Positions 9,846-18,573 of a DNA stretch of 64,000 nucleotides are shown here, in pieces. The position numbers were made by a program, and so were the translations under genes. The number at the start of each line of letters is the position of its first letter. Position 1 is the stretch's first letter. The notes under the pieces are model-generated. The model had not been told where the DNA came from and searched no databases. It saw only the letters and a list, made by a program, of their open reading frames with translations. This stretch comes from a virus. Its lineage: Duplodnaviria; Caudoviricetes. The stretch is taken from positions 128,001-192,000 of the IMG/VR virus record IMGVR_UViG_3300049988_000286. One strand, given 5' to 3'.

Positions 9846-9901
9846 TAATGACATCACGGCTGTCGCGAGGTAGTCTCTTCCCTCATATCAGAGAGGTGAA
9901 G

Positions 9902-10168
9902 ATGTTCGAGACTGCACGCGACAGCAAGGTGTATAAGCGCGCCGTTGATCGCGCCATGGAGAAAGTCACCCTGCCGAGTGCGGAGGAGACCTTCCTGACC
10001 TTCATGCGCCGGGTCGCCATTGCGGGGATTGAGGCGTTCGAGGACGAGATCGATCAGGGGCGTTACGCGCGTTCACGGGACTTGCGCGATGCGCTATCTG
10101 GACTATACTTCCGAACAGACCTCGATCCGGAATTGAAGACGATGATCGGGACGGTTCTCAAGCTTTAA
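9902..10168 (+). CDS. hypothetical protein
   Basis: GAGGTG RBS before ATG 9902. Confidence 0.6.
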   Translation: MFETARDSKVYKRAVDRAMEKVTLPSAEETFLTFMRRVAIAGIEAFEDEIDQGRYARSRDLRDALSGLYFRTDLDPELKTMIGTVLKL

Positions 10169-10176
10169 GGAACGAC

Positions 10177-11100
10177 ATGGGCAGCACCGACGCCGTATGC
10201 GGTATTTCAGGCATGGCTATTCCCGAAGGCGGCGAAGTCGTCACGATGATCATCCAGCGCAATCCGCGCCAAGGTGATCTGCCCCTCTACTCATTTTCCT
10301 CGTGGTACCCCGCCTCTCCGCTGGTTCGGGGCACCTATGACGACTACCTCTCGGTGGCTATCGACGATGATGCAACGGCGGCATGGCGGGCCACGCAGGA
10401 AAGTGCTCGCCGGACATGGCGGATCAAGACTTTTCCGGCGACGGACCAGCATGGCGAGCGCACCGTGCATGTGCCGCATCGGCTCGACTACACATATACG
10501 ATTGACGGCCAGAGACAAGAGATTGGTGATTCAACAGACGATGATACGAAGCTCTGCGACTTCGCCCTCTGGATGGCGCACGCCGAAGTATTCGATTATC
10601 TCGCCGCCACCGTGGAGATCGACTTCGATTATCTCGGGAACCAGCGCTACACCGAAGGCGTGATCGCAGATGCGATCGAGGACGCGAAGGCGAAGGGGCT
10701 GGCGCAGATGCGTGGGGAGGAACTCCCCTTCTTCGTCACCGATTATCTCGCGCGCTTTCCCGACGACACGGCGAGTATTCCTCGGCTGATCCGTTCTCGT
10801 TCACCTTGGGCGCACCCCTCGACGGGATGCTACTCGCCCCTGTTCGACTTTTACGACGAGCACATCTGGGATGCCTTTGAGGCCGGAAAGATGGAGGAGG
10901 TGGCGCGCCTGATCTCGTGGTGGGGTGGCTCCTCTACGATCATGCTCATCCTGCAAAATCTGCGGAAACAGCTTTGTGACCCCGGCGCGGTAGGGCAGCA
11001 GCACGGGCACGATCAGCCCTTCGAAGCCTTGGCGCGGGCGATCGGCCGTCAGGCCGAAGCGCACCGCTACCGTTTCGGCAATGGTGAGGACGAGGCGTGA
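10177..11100 (+). CDS. hypothetical protein
   Basis: 307 aa; AAGGA RBS. Confidence 0.75.
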   Translation: MGSTDAVCGISGMAIPEGGEVVTMIIQRNPRQGDLPLYSFSSWYPASPLVRGTYDDYLSVAIDDDATAAWRATQESARRTWRIKTFPATDQHGERTVHVPHRLDYTYTIDGQRQEIGDSTDDDTKLCDFALWMAHAEVFDYLAATVEIDFDYLGNQRYTEGVIADAIEDAKAKGLAQMRGEELPFFVTDYLARFPDDTASIPRLIRSRSPWAHPSTGCYSPLFDFYDEHIWDAFEAGKMEEVARLISWWGGSSTIMLILQNLRKQLCDPGAVGQQHGHDQPFEALARAIGRQAEAHRYRFGNGEDEA

Positions 11101-11258
11101 CCGCTCGCCCCTCCACAGTAAAGCGCCAGTCCTGCACCTGTCAGAAATGCCAGCGTTCGTGGGAGGACTTCCCCGGCCAGTGGGCGGATTACTACAATGG
11201 CTGCCCGTTCTGCGGTCATCTCTACTGGACGGTAAAGGCGGAGACAAGAGATGATTGA
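11097..11258 (+). CDS. small zinc-ribbon protein
   Basis: Read manually: CQKC...CPFC; coupled at both ends. Confidence 0.55.
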   Translation: MTARPSTVKRQSCTCQKCQRSWEDFPGQWADYYNGCPFCGHLYWTVKAETRDD

Positions 11259-11376
11259 ACAGGCGATACCCGGCTTCTTCGCTCTGGCTCTAGCGGGTTT
11301 GGGGTATGTCGCGTATCTACGCGACAAGGCACAGACCAAGAAGCGTCAGGCTAGTGATGAGACGAGAGAACAATGA
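11251..11376 (+). CDS. small membrane protein (41 aa)
   Basis: One TM plus basic tail; stop overlaps coaD start. Confidence 0.5.
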   Translation: MIEQAIPGFFALALAGLGYVAYLRDKAQTKKRQASDETREQ

Positions 11377-11885
11377 AGGTAGGTTTCTACGCGGGATCAT
11401 TTGATCCCATTACACTCGGTCACCTCGACATCATTGAGCAAGCCGCTCGCGTGTTCGATCGCCTCCACGTCGAGATTGGCATCAACCCGCGCAAGACGCC
11501 GATGTTCAGCATCAGTGAACGCGCGGACATGATCGAGGAAACGCTGGCAGAACGCCGCCAGCGGAGCGTTCCCGGTCAGCATCACTGCACGATCGAGGTC
11601 GGGACGTATTCGGGGGCGCTGATGGATCGTGCCGACGCTTTAGAGGCTACCGCAATCGTGCGCGGCCTTCGTCAGATCAGCGACTTCAACGATGAGTTTA
11701 CGATCAATGGTATGGTGTCTCGACTCCTGCCTGAAGTCCCGATGGTCTATTTCATCTGCCATCACGAGTTCCTTCATGTCTCGTCATCGAGCGCGAAAGA
11801 ACTGGCTCGCTACGGCTACCACGCCGAGATCGACTGGATGGTAGGTCGGGCAGTTCGAGACAAGCTACGCGCCCAATTTGAATAA
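11373..11885 (+). CDS. coaD: phosphopantetheine adenylyltransferase
   Basis: YAGSFDPITLGHLDII, IVRGLR..SDF..E, VSSS motifs. Confidence 0.92.
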   Translation: MKVGFYAGSFDPITLGHLDIIEQAARVFDRLHVEIGINPRKTPMFSISERADMIEETLAERRQRSVPGQHHCTIEVGTYSGALMDRADALEATAIVRGLRQISDFNDEFTINGMVSRLLPEVPMVYFICHHEFLHVSSSSAKELARYGYHAEIDWMVGRAVRDKLRAQFE

Positions 11886-11919
11886 TGCGCCACCGCAGTG
11901 GTCTCGATAGTATCTGGGT

Positions 11920-14028
11920 ATGGAAGAAGAATATCCCGAGTTCCTCCACCAGACGCTATCGAATGGAACCACTATGGAAGACGTTTTTCATATCAAGACT
12001 GCGATGAATGTCCTTGCGACGTGGAAGGGCAGCTTCTCCGACGAATCGTTCCTGCGACTCCTCATTGATCGCTTCCCCGGCCAGATCGCTGGTCCGACCG
12101 GCTGGGTGAACGAGATCAAGCGCCGCGAGAAAGAGTATTTCGACGCTAACCCCGACGCTTCTTCGGTCTTCGTGCCTTATGCGAAGTTCCTCACAGAGAC
12201 CGACATCGCCACGATCATCATCGATCCCGTCCTCGACTTCGTTGAGGGTGCTCGCGGTCCGATGCCCATCACTACCACGTGCCGCACCCTCGCAACCGTG
12301 CTCGAATTGTCCGAGCCGGAAACGATTTTGCTCCAACTCGCCATCGACATGAAGAGCATGAACTATCCCTACGAGGCCTTCTACCCTCGTATGCTCAACA
12401 TCTTCGACAATCGTGAGAACGGATTGGCGGCGATCCTCGGCCTCACCCGCGAACAGGTCCGACAAGCGACGACCGGATTCTTGGTCAAGAGCGGCTTCAT
12501 CGTGCCCACCGCCTATCCCGAGGGCTATTACCAGATCGCTGCCGTGTTCGAGGACAGCTTCGACAATGCCAACATCGAGATCGGCGACCTCGACGATCTT
12601 CTCTTCCCGCAGACGATCTCCACCGATCTCACCGTGGAGGATTATGCCCACGTGGAGGTCGATGTCACTCGCACCGAGAAGATCGTCAACAACGCGCTTT
12701 CGTCGCGCGTGCCGGGCACCAACATCCTCCTGTGGGGACCGGCGGGGACGGGTAAAACCGAACTAGCCCTTGCCTTGGCGGCGAAGAACGGCTGGAAGCT
12801 GAAGTCGATCGGCGACATCTCGGCAAGCGACGATGGTGAGAAATCGCGTGCACAGCGGTTGGGAAGCCTCAAGATCGCTCTGAAGTTGTTCAACACCGAC
12901 ACCAACACGGTGCTGCTCTTCGATGAGATCGAGGATTTGTTCAAGGTTGATAACAACGCTACCTTCTCCAAGGCATTCATCAACCGGATCATCGAGACCA
13001 CCACGGTGCCGATCATCTGGACGACCAACTCGCTCCTCGCCTTGGGGTCGCCGGTGCTGCGCCGCATGACCTACAACATCCACTGCACCACACCCTCGAA
13101 GAAGGCCCGGCGCGCTATGTGGGAGAAGTATGCGACCAACTACGGGGTCAAGCTGGACGCCGACACCAAGACGATGCTCGACGCGTTCGACATCTCTCCG
13201 GCACTGATCCGCAATTCGATGCGGGTGACCGCATCGGCACTCGCCGCCGACGCAGAGGCGAGCCAGAAGGACGTGCGCGAGATCGTCTCCTCGCTCGATC
13301 GTCTCGTCAACTTCGGCGAGAAGCGTAAGTTCGATCTTGGTGAGCCCGAAGACCCGTTCTACGACGCCTCATGTGCCAACACGGAGATCGACCTCGATAA
13401 CTTCACCGCGCGCCTCATGGATGCCAAACCGGGCTTCTCCCTGTGCCTCTACGGTCCCCCCGGAACCGGCAAGTCCAAGTATGGGCGCTATCTCGCTGCC
13501 AAGATGGGCAAGCAGGTGCTCTTCAAGCGCGCCAGCGATCTTCAGTCGATGTGGGTCGGTGAATGCGAGAAGAACATCGCCCGCGCCTTCGAGGAGGCTC
13601 GTGAGGACGGCAAGGTGTTGATCATCGACGAGGGCGATACCTTCCTGCGCAATCGCGAGCGCGCCAAACAGTCGTGGGAGGTTAGTCAGGTCAACGAGAT
13701 GCTCTCCCAGATGGAGTCGCATCCCCAGCCCTTCGTTCTGACCACGAACCTGATGGACGACCTCGACCCCGCATCGCTGCGTCGCTTCACCTTCAAGATG
13801 AAGTTCGACTTCATGACGCCCGCACAAGCATCACGCCTGTTCGAGCGCTACTTCAAGGTCAGGGCACCGGCGGCGATCATGCGTAACCATATCCTCGCGC
13901 CCGGCGACTTCGCCAACGTGAAGAAGCAGGTGGAGATTCTGGGCCTTCACGACGCCGATGCGATTTACAAGATCGTCATGGACGAGTGCGCGCAGAAGCC
14001 GAATTACCGCCGCGATATCGGTTTCTGA
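11920..14028 (+). CDS. tandem AAA+ ATPase (two ATPase modules)
   Basis: Walker A GPAGTGKT and GPPGTGKS; Walker B LLFDE and LIIDE; SRH LTTNLMDDLDPASLRRF. Confidence 0.88.
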   Translation: MEEEYPEFLHQTLSNGTTMEDVFHIKTAMNVLATWKGSFSDESFLRLLIDRFPGQIAGPTGWVNEIKRREKEYFDANPDASSVFVPYAKFLTETDIATIIIDPVLDFVEGARGPMPITTTCRTLATVLELSEPETILLQLAIDMKSMNYPYEAFYPRMLNIFDNRENGLAAILGLTREQVRQATTGFLVKSGFIVPTAYPEGYYQIAAVFEDSFDNANIEIGDLDDLLFPQTISTDLTVEDYAHVEVDVTRTEKIVNNALSSRVPGTNILLWGPAGTGKTELALALAAKNGWKLKSIGDISASDDGEKSRAQRLGSLKIALKLFNTDTNTVLLFDEIEDLFKVDNNATFSKAFINRIIETTTVPIIWTTNSLLALGSPVLRRMTYNIHCTTPSKKARRAMWEKYATNYGVKLDADTKTMLDAFDISPALIRNSMRVTASALAADAEASQKDVREIVSSLDRLVNFGEKRKFDLGEPEDPFYDASCANTEIDLDNFTARLMDAKPGFSLCLYGPPGTGKSKYGRYLAAKMGKQVLFKRASDLQSMWVGECEKNIARAFEEAREDGKVLIIDEGDTFLRNRERAKQSWEVSQVNEMLSQMESHPQPFVLTTNLMDDLDPASLRRFTFKMKFDFMTPAQASRLFERYFKVRAPAAIMRNHILAPGDFANVKKQVEILGLHDADAIYKIVMDECAQKPNYRRDIGF

Positions 14029-14272
14029 TCCGATCCTCCATTCCGGGACCAAGCCTTACCGGCTGGTCCCGGAGAATGGGCTGGCATGATCCCGCCAACT
14101 GCTCATTGGCGGCGATCTCCACGATGAGCATCGAGATCGCACCGCCGATCGCCCACCGCTCCCGCAAGCGCCACCACGGAGTTTTGCGAAGGTGTGCCCT
14201 TAGGGCATCTCGCTCTCGGGTCTGACGGTCGATGACAAGCGAGATCGGGATTACGGGTTCGGCGCAGTTCAT
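13976..14272 (-). CDS. hypothetical protein
   Basis: ATG overlaps stop of 14269 ORF; 3' end overlaps AAA gene. Confidence 0.45.
   Translation of the reverse strand: MNCAEPVIPISLVIDRQTRERDALRAHLRKTPWWRLRERWAIGGAISMLIVEIAANEQLAGSCQPILRDQPVRLGPGMEDRIRNRYRGGNSASARTRP
14043..14072. terminator. strong hairpin just after the AAA gene, in the convergent region
   Basis: CCGGGACC-A-AGCC-ttacc-GGCT-GGTCCCGG. Confidence 0.45.
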
Positions 14273-14589
14273 GCGAACATCTCCGCCAAGGCAGCATCCC
14301 ACTGGCGCGGTGCGAAGCGACCTCTGGGATAATCGTGTAGTTCCGTGGTGCGGGCACGGAGATGGATGGTGGAGGCGGCGATATCGGCCAATGCCCCCAT
14401 CTCCTCCACGGTTGTCTTGGCCACGACGGTGAGGAATTTACGCCGCTGACCTCGCGGCGGGAGGCGGACTAGGCCGCTGTCGCTCGATAGAATCTTGACG
14501 CTGGTGCTCGACAGTTTCACGAGCAGGGCTTCGATGTCGCTCTTCGGCGTCATCATCGAGAAGAACATCTGATGTTCGAAGGTTGTCAT
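14269..14589 (-). CDS. hypothetical protein
   Basis: ORF track. Confidence 0.6.
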   Translation of the reverse strand: MTTFEHQMFFSMMTPKSDIEALLVKLSSTSVKILSSDSGLVRLPPRGQRRKFLTVVAKTTVEEMGALADIAASTIHLRARTTELHDYPRGRFAPRQWDAALAEMFA

Positions 14590-14630
14590 ACCGCCCCGAT
14601 AGCAGAACCAAGGCGGTATGACAATCCGAA

Positions 14631-14894
14631 CTAGGCGGGCTCGGCTTCGAGTTCGTTCTTATCCTCGATCTCATTGCCGTCGCGATCGTCGTCGCGATGA
14701 TCGCTTGCGTGGGAAACCCGCTTGTCTTCCGAAGACGCAGAGGCGTCCGAAGGACTACCCGTAGCGATAGGCCGATCCTCCGGAATGGAGTCGTAGGTCA
14801 TCTTTACCAACGCGGGAACATCCTCGGGAAGGATCGACCGATTGTTCACGAAATATGCTTCGAGGATTTGCACCGTCTGCTCGATTCTACTCAT
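14631..14894 (-). CDS. MucR/Ros N-terminal-domain-like protein with acidic tail, no zinc finger
   Basis: QTVQILEAYFVNNRSILPEDVPALVKMTYDSI resembles the MucR LTADIVSAYVSNN...ELPALI..VH.AL segment. Confidence 0.6.
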   Translation of the reverse strand: MSRIEQTVQILEAYFVNNRSILPEDVPALVKMTYDSIPEDRPIATGSPSDASASSEDKRVSHASDHRDDDRDGNEIEDKNELEAEPA

Positions 14895-15534
14895 TGCTGG
14901 GTTCCCTATGCTTGAGGATTGTAAGAATCTCACGGGCGATCTCGCCCATCTGTTTCGTCGCGTCAACGACAAAATAGGTATCGCCGTGATAGTGTGCCAT
15001 CACGGCCTCGGTCTGATTGTGGTAGCGAGATAGCCGCGCCCGAAGGGCATGGGGGTTGTCCTCCTCCCGGCGTTCCAACCCGGTTGAACAACGATCGCAT
15101 ACCATCTCGGTCAGGGGCGGCTTGAACACCACATGGTAACCGGTGCCGCAATGGGGGCAGACGAGCCGACCCGCAATGCGTTCGATGAGTAGTTGATCAG
15201 CGATTCGCAGTTCTACCACGTGGTCGATCGTCATCCCCATAGAGGCGAGTAGAGCATCGAAGACTCTGGCTTGCGCCACCGTGCGGGGGAAGCCATCGAA
15301 GACATAGTGGAGTGCTGGATCGAGGTTCGTGCGGATCAGCGCGATGGCGGTCTCGTCGGACACGAGGTGGCCCGCGTTCATATCAGCGGTGATGTTCTGC
15401 CCGAGTGGTGTCCCGGCCCTCATCTCGGCACGGAGCAACTCGCCAGTCGATAACGGCACGTAGCCGTGATCGACTAGGAGGTGGGCTTGTGTTCCTTTGC
15501 CCGAGCCGGGCGGACCAAATAGAATGATGCTCAC
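14887..15534 (-). CDS. adk: adenylate kinase
   Basis: GPPGSGKGTQA, STGELLR, FDGFPRT, LID CPHC..CDRC; GTG start chosen. Confidence 0.95.
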   Translation of the reverse strand: MSIILFGPPGSGKGTQAHLLVDHGYVPLSTGELLRAEMRAGTPLGQNITADMNAGHLVSDETAIALIRTNLDPALHYVFDGFPRTVAQARVFDALLASMGMTIDHVVELRIADQLLIERIAGRLVCPHCGTGYHVVFKPPLTEMVCDRCSTGLERREEDNPHALRARLSRYHNQTEAVMAHYHGDTYFVVDATKQMGEIAREILTILKHREPSNE

Positions 15535-15565
15535 CGCCCCCGTATGCGTAGGGGTGGGCGCGCCG

Positions 15566-16000
15566 TCAATGGGGGCGGGTAAACCCACGCAGCTTGATTG
15601 GCGGATTGGGATCGCGCTTCATCCGAAAGCCGTTTTTCGCATCGCCGAAACCGGTCACGAAACCGAAGCGCTGATACCACTCGACCAGTTTCTTGGTCGG
15701 AGTATCCGCGTACCCGTAAGCCAGCAGTGACAGGGGGACATTGAGTTCATCAGCGATCTCACATATCGCCTTGAGCGCCACGGTGCCGCTACCCTTGGTC
15801 AGCGAGTCCATGGAGTTGATGTGCACCTCCTGATTGCCCCGACTGGGCTGGCAGTGGACCGAACAGTCATGCACGATGAAGGCTTTGGGATCGAGGGGGT
15901 GATCGCGTGAAATAGCCTCAAGGCGCTTGAAGAAGTTTTCGACGGGTGATCCCTCAATTGGCACGCCGCTCAACTTGAGGATTGTCTCTAGCAAATCCAT
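15566..16000 (-). CDS. GNAT-fold protein, late
   Basis: KGSGTVALKAICEIAD...LVEWYQRFGF acetyl-CoA motif A/B pattern; TAAATA-ccac-ATG. Confidence 0.6.
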   Translation of the reverse strand: MDLLETILKLSGVPIEGSPVENFFKRLEAISRDHPLDPKAFIVHDCSVHCQPSRGNQEVHINSMDSLTKGSGTVALKAICEIADELNVPLSLLAYGYADTPTKKLVEWYQRFGFVTGFGDAKNGFRMKRDPNPPIKLRGFTRPH

Positions 16001-16015
16001 GTGGTATTTAGTGTT

Positions 16016-16558
16016 ATGGAGTCACCCCGTTTCACGCTTGTCGATCCAGTGACAGGTCTGTACTGGACCCAGAATCTCCCGGCTGATGTTTTCTGGGGTA
16101 AAGACGCAGCGGCCGATTGGATACCACGTTTCCAAGGTAACCCTCACTTCGAATATAGCGAAGGACGAATCAAACTTCTGTGGAACCGATACGAGCATGT
16201 GCGCCGCCGTCGCGGTGATTCCACAATCCCGGAACTCATGCTGGAACCCCACGTCGTCATCGTGAAAGCGATGCCCCGCCGCGCGCTGGTACTCGAACCC
16301 TTTGAATCATTCTGCCTCACCGTCAATCGCGCGCATGGGCATGTGCTCACTACCGCGATCACGAAAGTGTGCGAGCACGCTCCCCTGTACGCGATCAAGC
16401 GCCGAGGGAGGACCAAAGCTGTCGCCGATGTGCTCCCTGACACAATCCTCCACGAAGGCATGTATCTCTTCTGCTTCAACGAAGACGATCTCGCGTTGGC
16501 CAAGATCGCGCTTGGGGCTAACATCGCACAGACTTATGATTTGCGGGACTATCGATGA
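16016..16558 (+). CDS. hypothetical protein
   Basis: ORF track; ATG 16016 preferred. Confidence 0.65.
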   Translation: MESPRFTLVDPVTGLYWTQNLPADVFWGKDAAADWIPRFQGNPHFEYSEGRIKLLWNRYEHVRRRRGDSTIPELMLEPHVVIVKAMPRRALVLEPFESFCLTVNRAHGHVLTTAITKVCEHAPLYAIKRRGRTKAVADVLPDTILHEGMYLFCFNEDDLALAKIALGANIAQTYDLRDYR

Positions 16559-16965
16559 TCATCTCTTTGCGTGAGACGCCCTTCCGTTATGTGAATTGGG
16601 GCAAGACCATGGGCGAGAGTATGGCTCGCTCTTGGATGCATACTCGCGCCCGCGATGCCCTGTATGATCTTGGCATCTATTATCGCTTCATCGGTTATGG
16701 CTTCCATTCGTTTGGGGGTACGGTTGTAAATCCATACTGTCTATACTTCGTTGATATCATTGATCCCGATGAGACTACATTGACGCTCCTCGCGCTCTCG
16801 ATAAAGATCGAGACTAATGTAGCGCTTGATTCGTCGCAAGCGGTTTGTCAGCTTTCCGAATTTGCTTATCGCCAGCGTTCCGGCGTTGGAGCCGACGAGC
16901 GGGAATGGGAAGCCGCTCTATCCAATCCTCCAGTTCGCAAAGTGATTAAGCATTGTTGTGAATAA
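16555..16965 (+). CDS. hypothetical protein
   Basis: ORF track; coupled. Confidence 0.6.
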   Translation: MIISLRETPFRYVNWGKTMGESMARSWMHTRARDALYDLGIYYRFIGYGFHSFGGTVVNPYCLYFVDIIDPDETTLTLLALSIKIETNVALDSSQAVCQLSEFAYRQRSGVGADEREWEAALSNPPVRKVIKHCCE

Positions 16966-17000
16966 TGCGGTGATGGTGAGGGCGGGGTTATCCTGCCTCC

Positions 17001-17906
17001 ATGATATCGTTGATTGAACAGATGAACCGCCTCTCCGATCGCGACAAGAAGTCGCTGTCGCAGAAAGGTCTAAAGGCCGGTGAAGAGGTGGGGGAACTCG
17101 CCAAGGCTATCCTCCCCTACGAGGGTGCGCACGGCACTCATCACCGCGTCCCGAGTGCGGACAAGATCGCCGAAGAGTGCGCGGACGTGATCTTGGTCGC
17201 ATATTCGATTATGCGACAGGTCGGCTATGACGCGGATGCCATGATGGCGATGCTACAGCGCAAGACCGATGTCTGGGAGTTGATCCTCGACAACGAGGAC
17301 CGCACTGACTGTGATAATCTCGACTTCGAGATGCACATCACCGTCGAGAGCGCCACGAGCATCGACGACTTTTCGGCAAGCTGCCGCGAAATCGGAGTTA
17401 AGCCGATCGTGCTCGATCTCTACGGCCACGGTGAGGTCAACGATGTCATGACCTCTTCTACTTTCCGGGGTTCGACCAAGCAAGCGGTTGACCATTGCCG
17501 CGATCTCGCCGCACGCTTGCGTGAGATGGGGTATCGTGTGCTTCGAGAGAAGATCGAGACGGTGCCGTGGCATCCCGCTGCGCAAACTAAATCGGCGCGC
17601 CCCTCCGCCTATTTCGAAGCCCACTTCGCTTTCGATACCCCCTACCCGGCACTCCTGCGGGAGTTCTGCCGCAACGCTGACATTCATCTATCCCGCAACA
17701 TGATGAAGAAGGGTGGGGCGAGCGTCTCAATGGGGACTTACCGCGTTGATGCTACGGAGACCACCGCATCGCAGTTTCAGGCCAGCGTTCGCAACATCCG
17801 TGACATGGCTGATGCGGCGGGGCACCGCGTCACCAAGATACCCCATACGGAATACGCCCTCCATGATACTAACGAGCGTCACGACAAGGAATGGATCAAC
17901 GCATGA
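17001..17906 (+). CDS. MazG-like NTP pyrophosphohydrolase fused to an unknown C-terminal domain
   Basis: LKAGEEVGELAKAI...AEECADVILV (EExxE...ExxD). Confidence 0.75.
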   Translation: MISLIEQMNRLSDRDKKSLSQKGLKAGEEVGELAKAILPYEGAHGTHHRVPSADKIAEECADVILVAYSIMRQVGYDADAMMAMLQRKTDVWELILDNEDRTDCDNLDFEMHITVESATSIDDFSASCREIGVKPIVLDLYGHGEVNDVMTSSTFRGSTKQAVDHCRDLAARLREMGYRVLREKIETVPWHPAAQTKSARPSAYFEAHFAFDTPYPALLREFCRNADIHLSRNMMKKGGASVSMGTYRVDATETTASQFQASVRNIRDMADAAGHRVTKIPHTEYALHDTNERHDKEWINA

Positions 17907-18133
17907 ATGTCCTTCAGCGCGTGCGGGAAGCACGAAGTCAACTCAAGGCACGGGGCCAGTCCGAACACGCTAACGCGGACGCAATCGAAGAATTGTTCGC
18001 TCGCGCACAGGAGATCATCACAGAGATGAACGCAAAGAAGCTTGCGGCGATCCGCGAGGCAGAGAAGCCGTTCCTCGACGAGTTGGAACAGATCGATCGA
18101 GAGATGTCCATGTTCATCACGTTGTCGGCATGA
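17903..18133 (+). CDS. small coiled-coil protein
   Basis: ATGA overlaps. Confidence 0.6.
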   Translation: MNVLQRVREARSQLKARGQSEHANADAIEELFARAQEIITEMNAKKLAAIREAEKPFLDELEQIDREMSMFITLSA

Positions 18134-18573
18134 GCGTCGTTTGGTGGAACCCCCTCAAGAGGTGCATGACAAGCGACAGCTATTGCACCTCTGATAGTGA
18201 ATTCGTCGATCTTCGATCAAAGGTCACTGACAACGGTCAGTTTCTGATTGGCACGACGGGTGACGCGCGCCTTCGTTCCTATCTCGCCACGCATGTGCGA
18301 CGCGGAGAAAGCGTTAAAAGGCCTGATTTTGACTGCGCGAATTCTTCCGCTCTGCTGTTCGACAATACAATGAACCACCTGTTGCTCCTGACTGTTACTG
18401 CTGATGACTTTCGGTTGTATGAACTCAATCATGAGCAGTATTACGCAATCGGTTACGGAGCCTCTGTGGTTATGGTCTTGAGCGATCTTGGATACGACGA
18501 TGCTGCAATTGGCGAGGCGCTGGTCAAACGGATCGCCTTCGTTGCTGCCCCCTTTCACACCATGGATGCTTGA
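18130..18573 (+). CDS. possible HslV/proteasome-subunit-like (Ntn) protein
   Basis: MTSDS..., KV, IGTTG, YAIGYGA pattern; lacks the N-terminal Thr. Confidence 0.4.
   Translation: MSVVWWNPLKRCMTSDSYCTSDSEFVDLRSKVTDNGQFLIGTTGDARLRSYLATHVRRGESVKRPDFDCANSSALLFDNTMNHLLLLTVTADDFRLYELNHEQYYAIGYGASVVMVLSDLGYDDAAIGEALVKRIAFVAAPFHTMDA

Noticed and set aside
8403-9857. 484-aa minus-strand ORF
   Set aside because: Antisense shadow of the well-supported plus-strand gene; typical of GC-rich codon usage, with no motifs.
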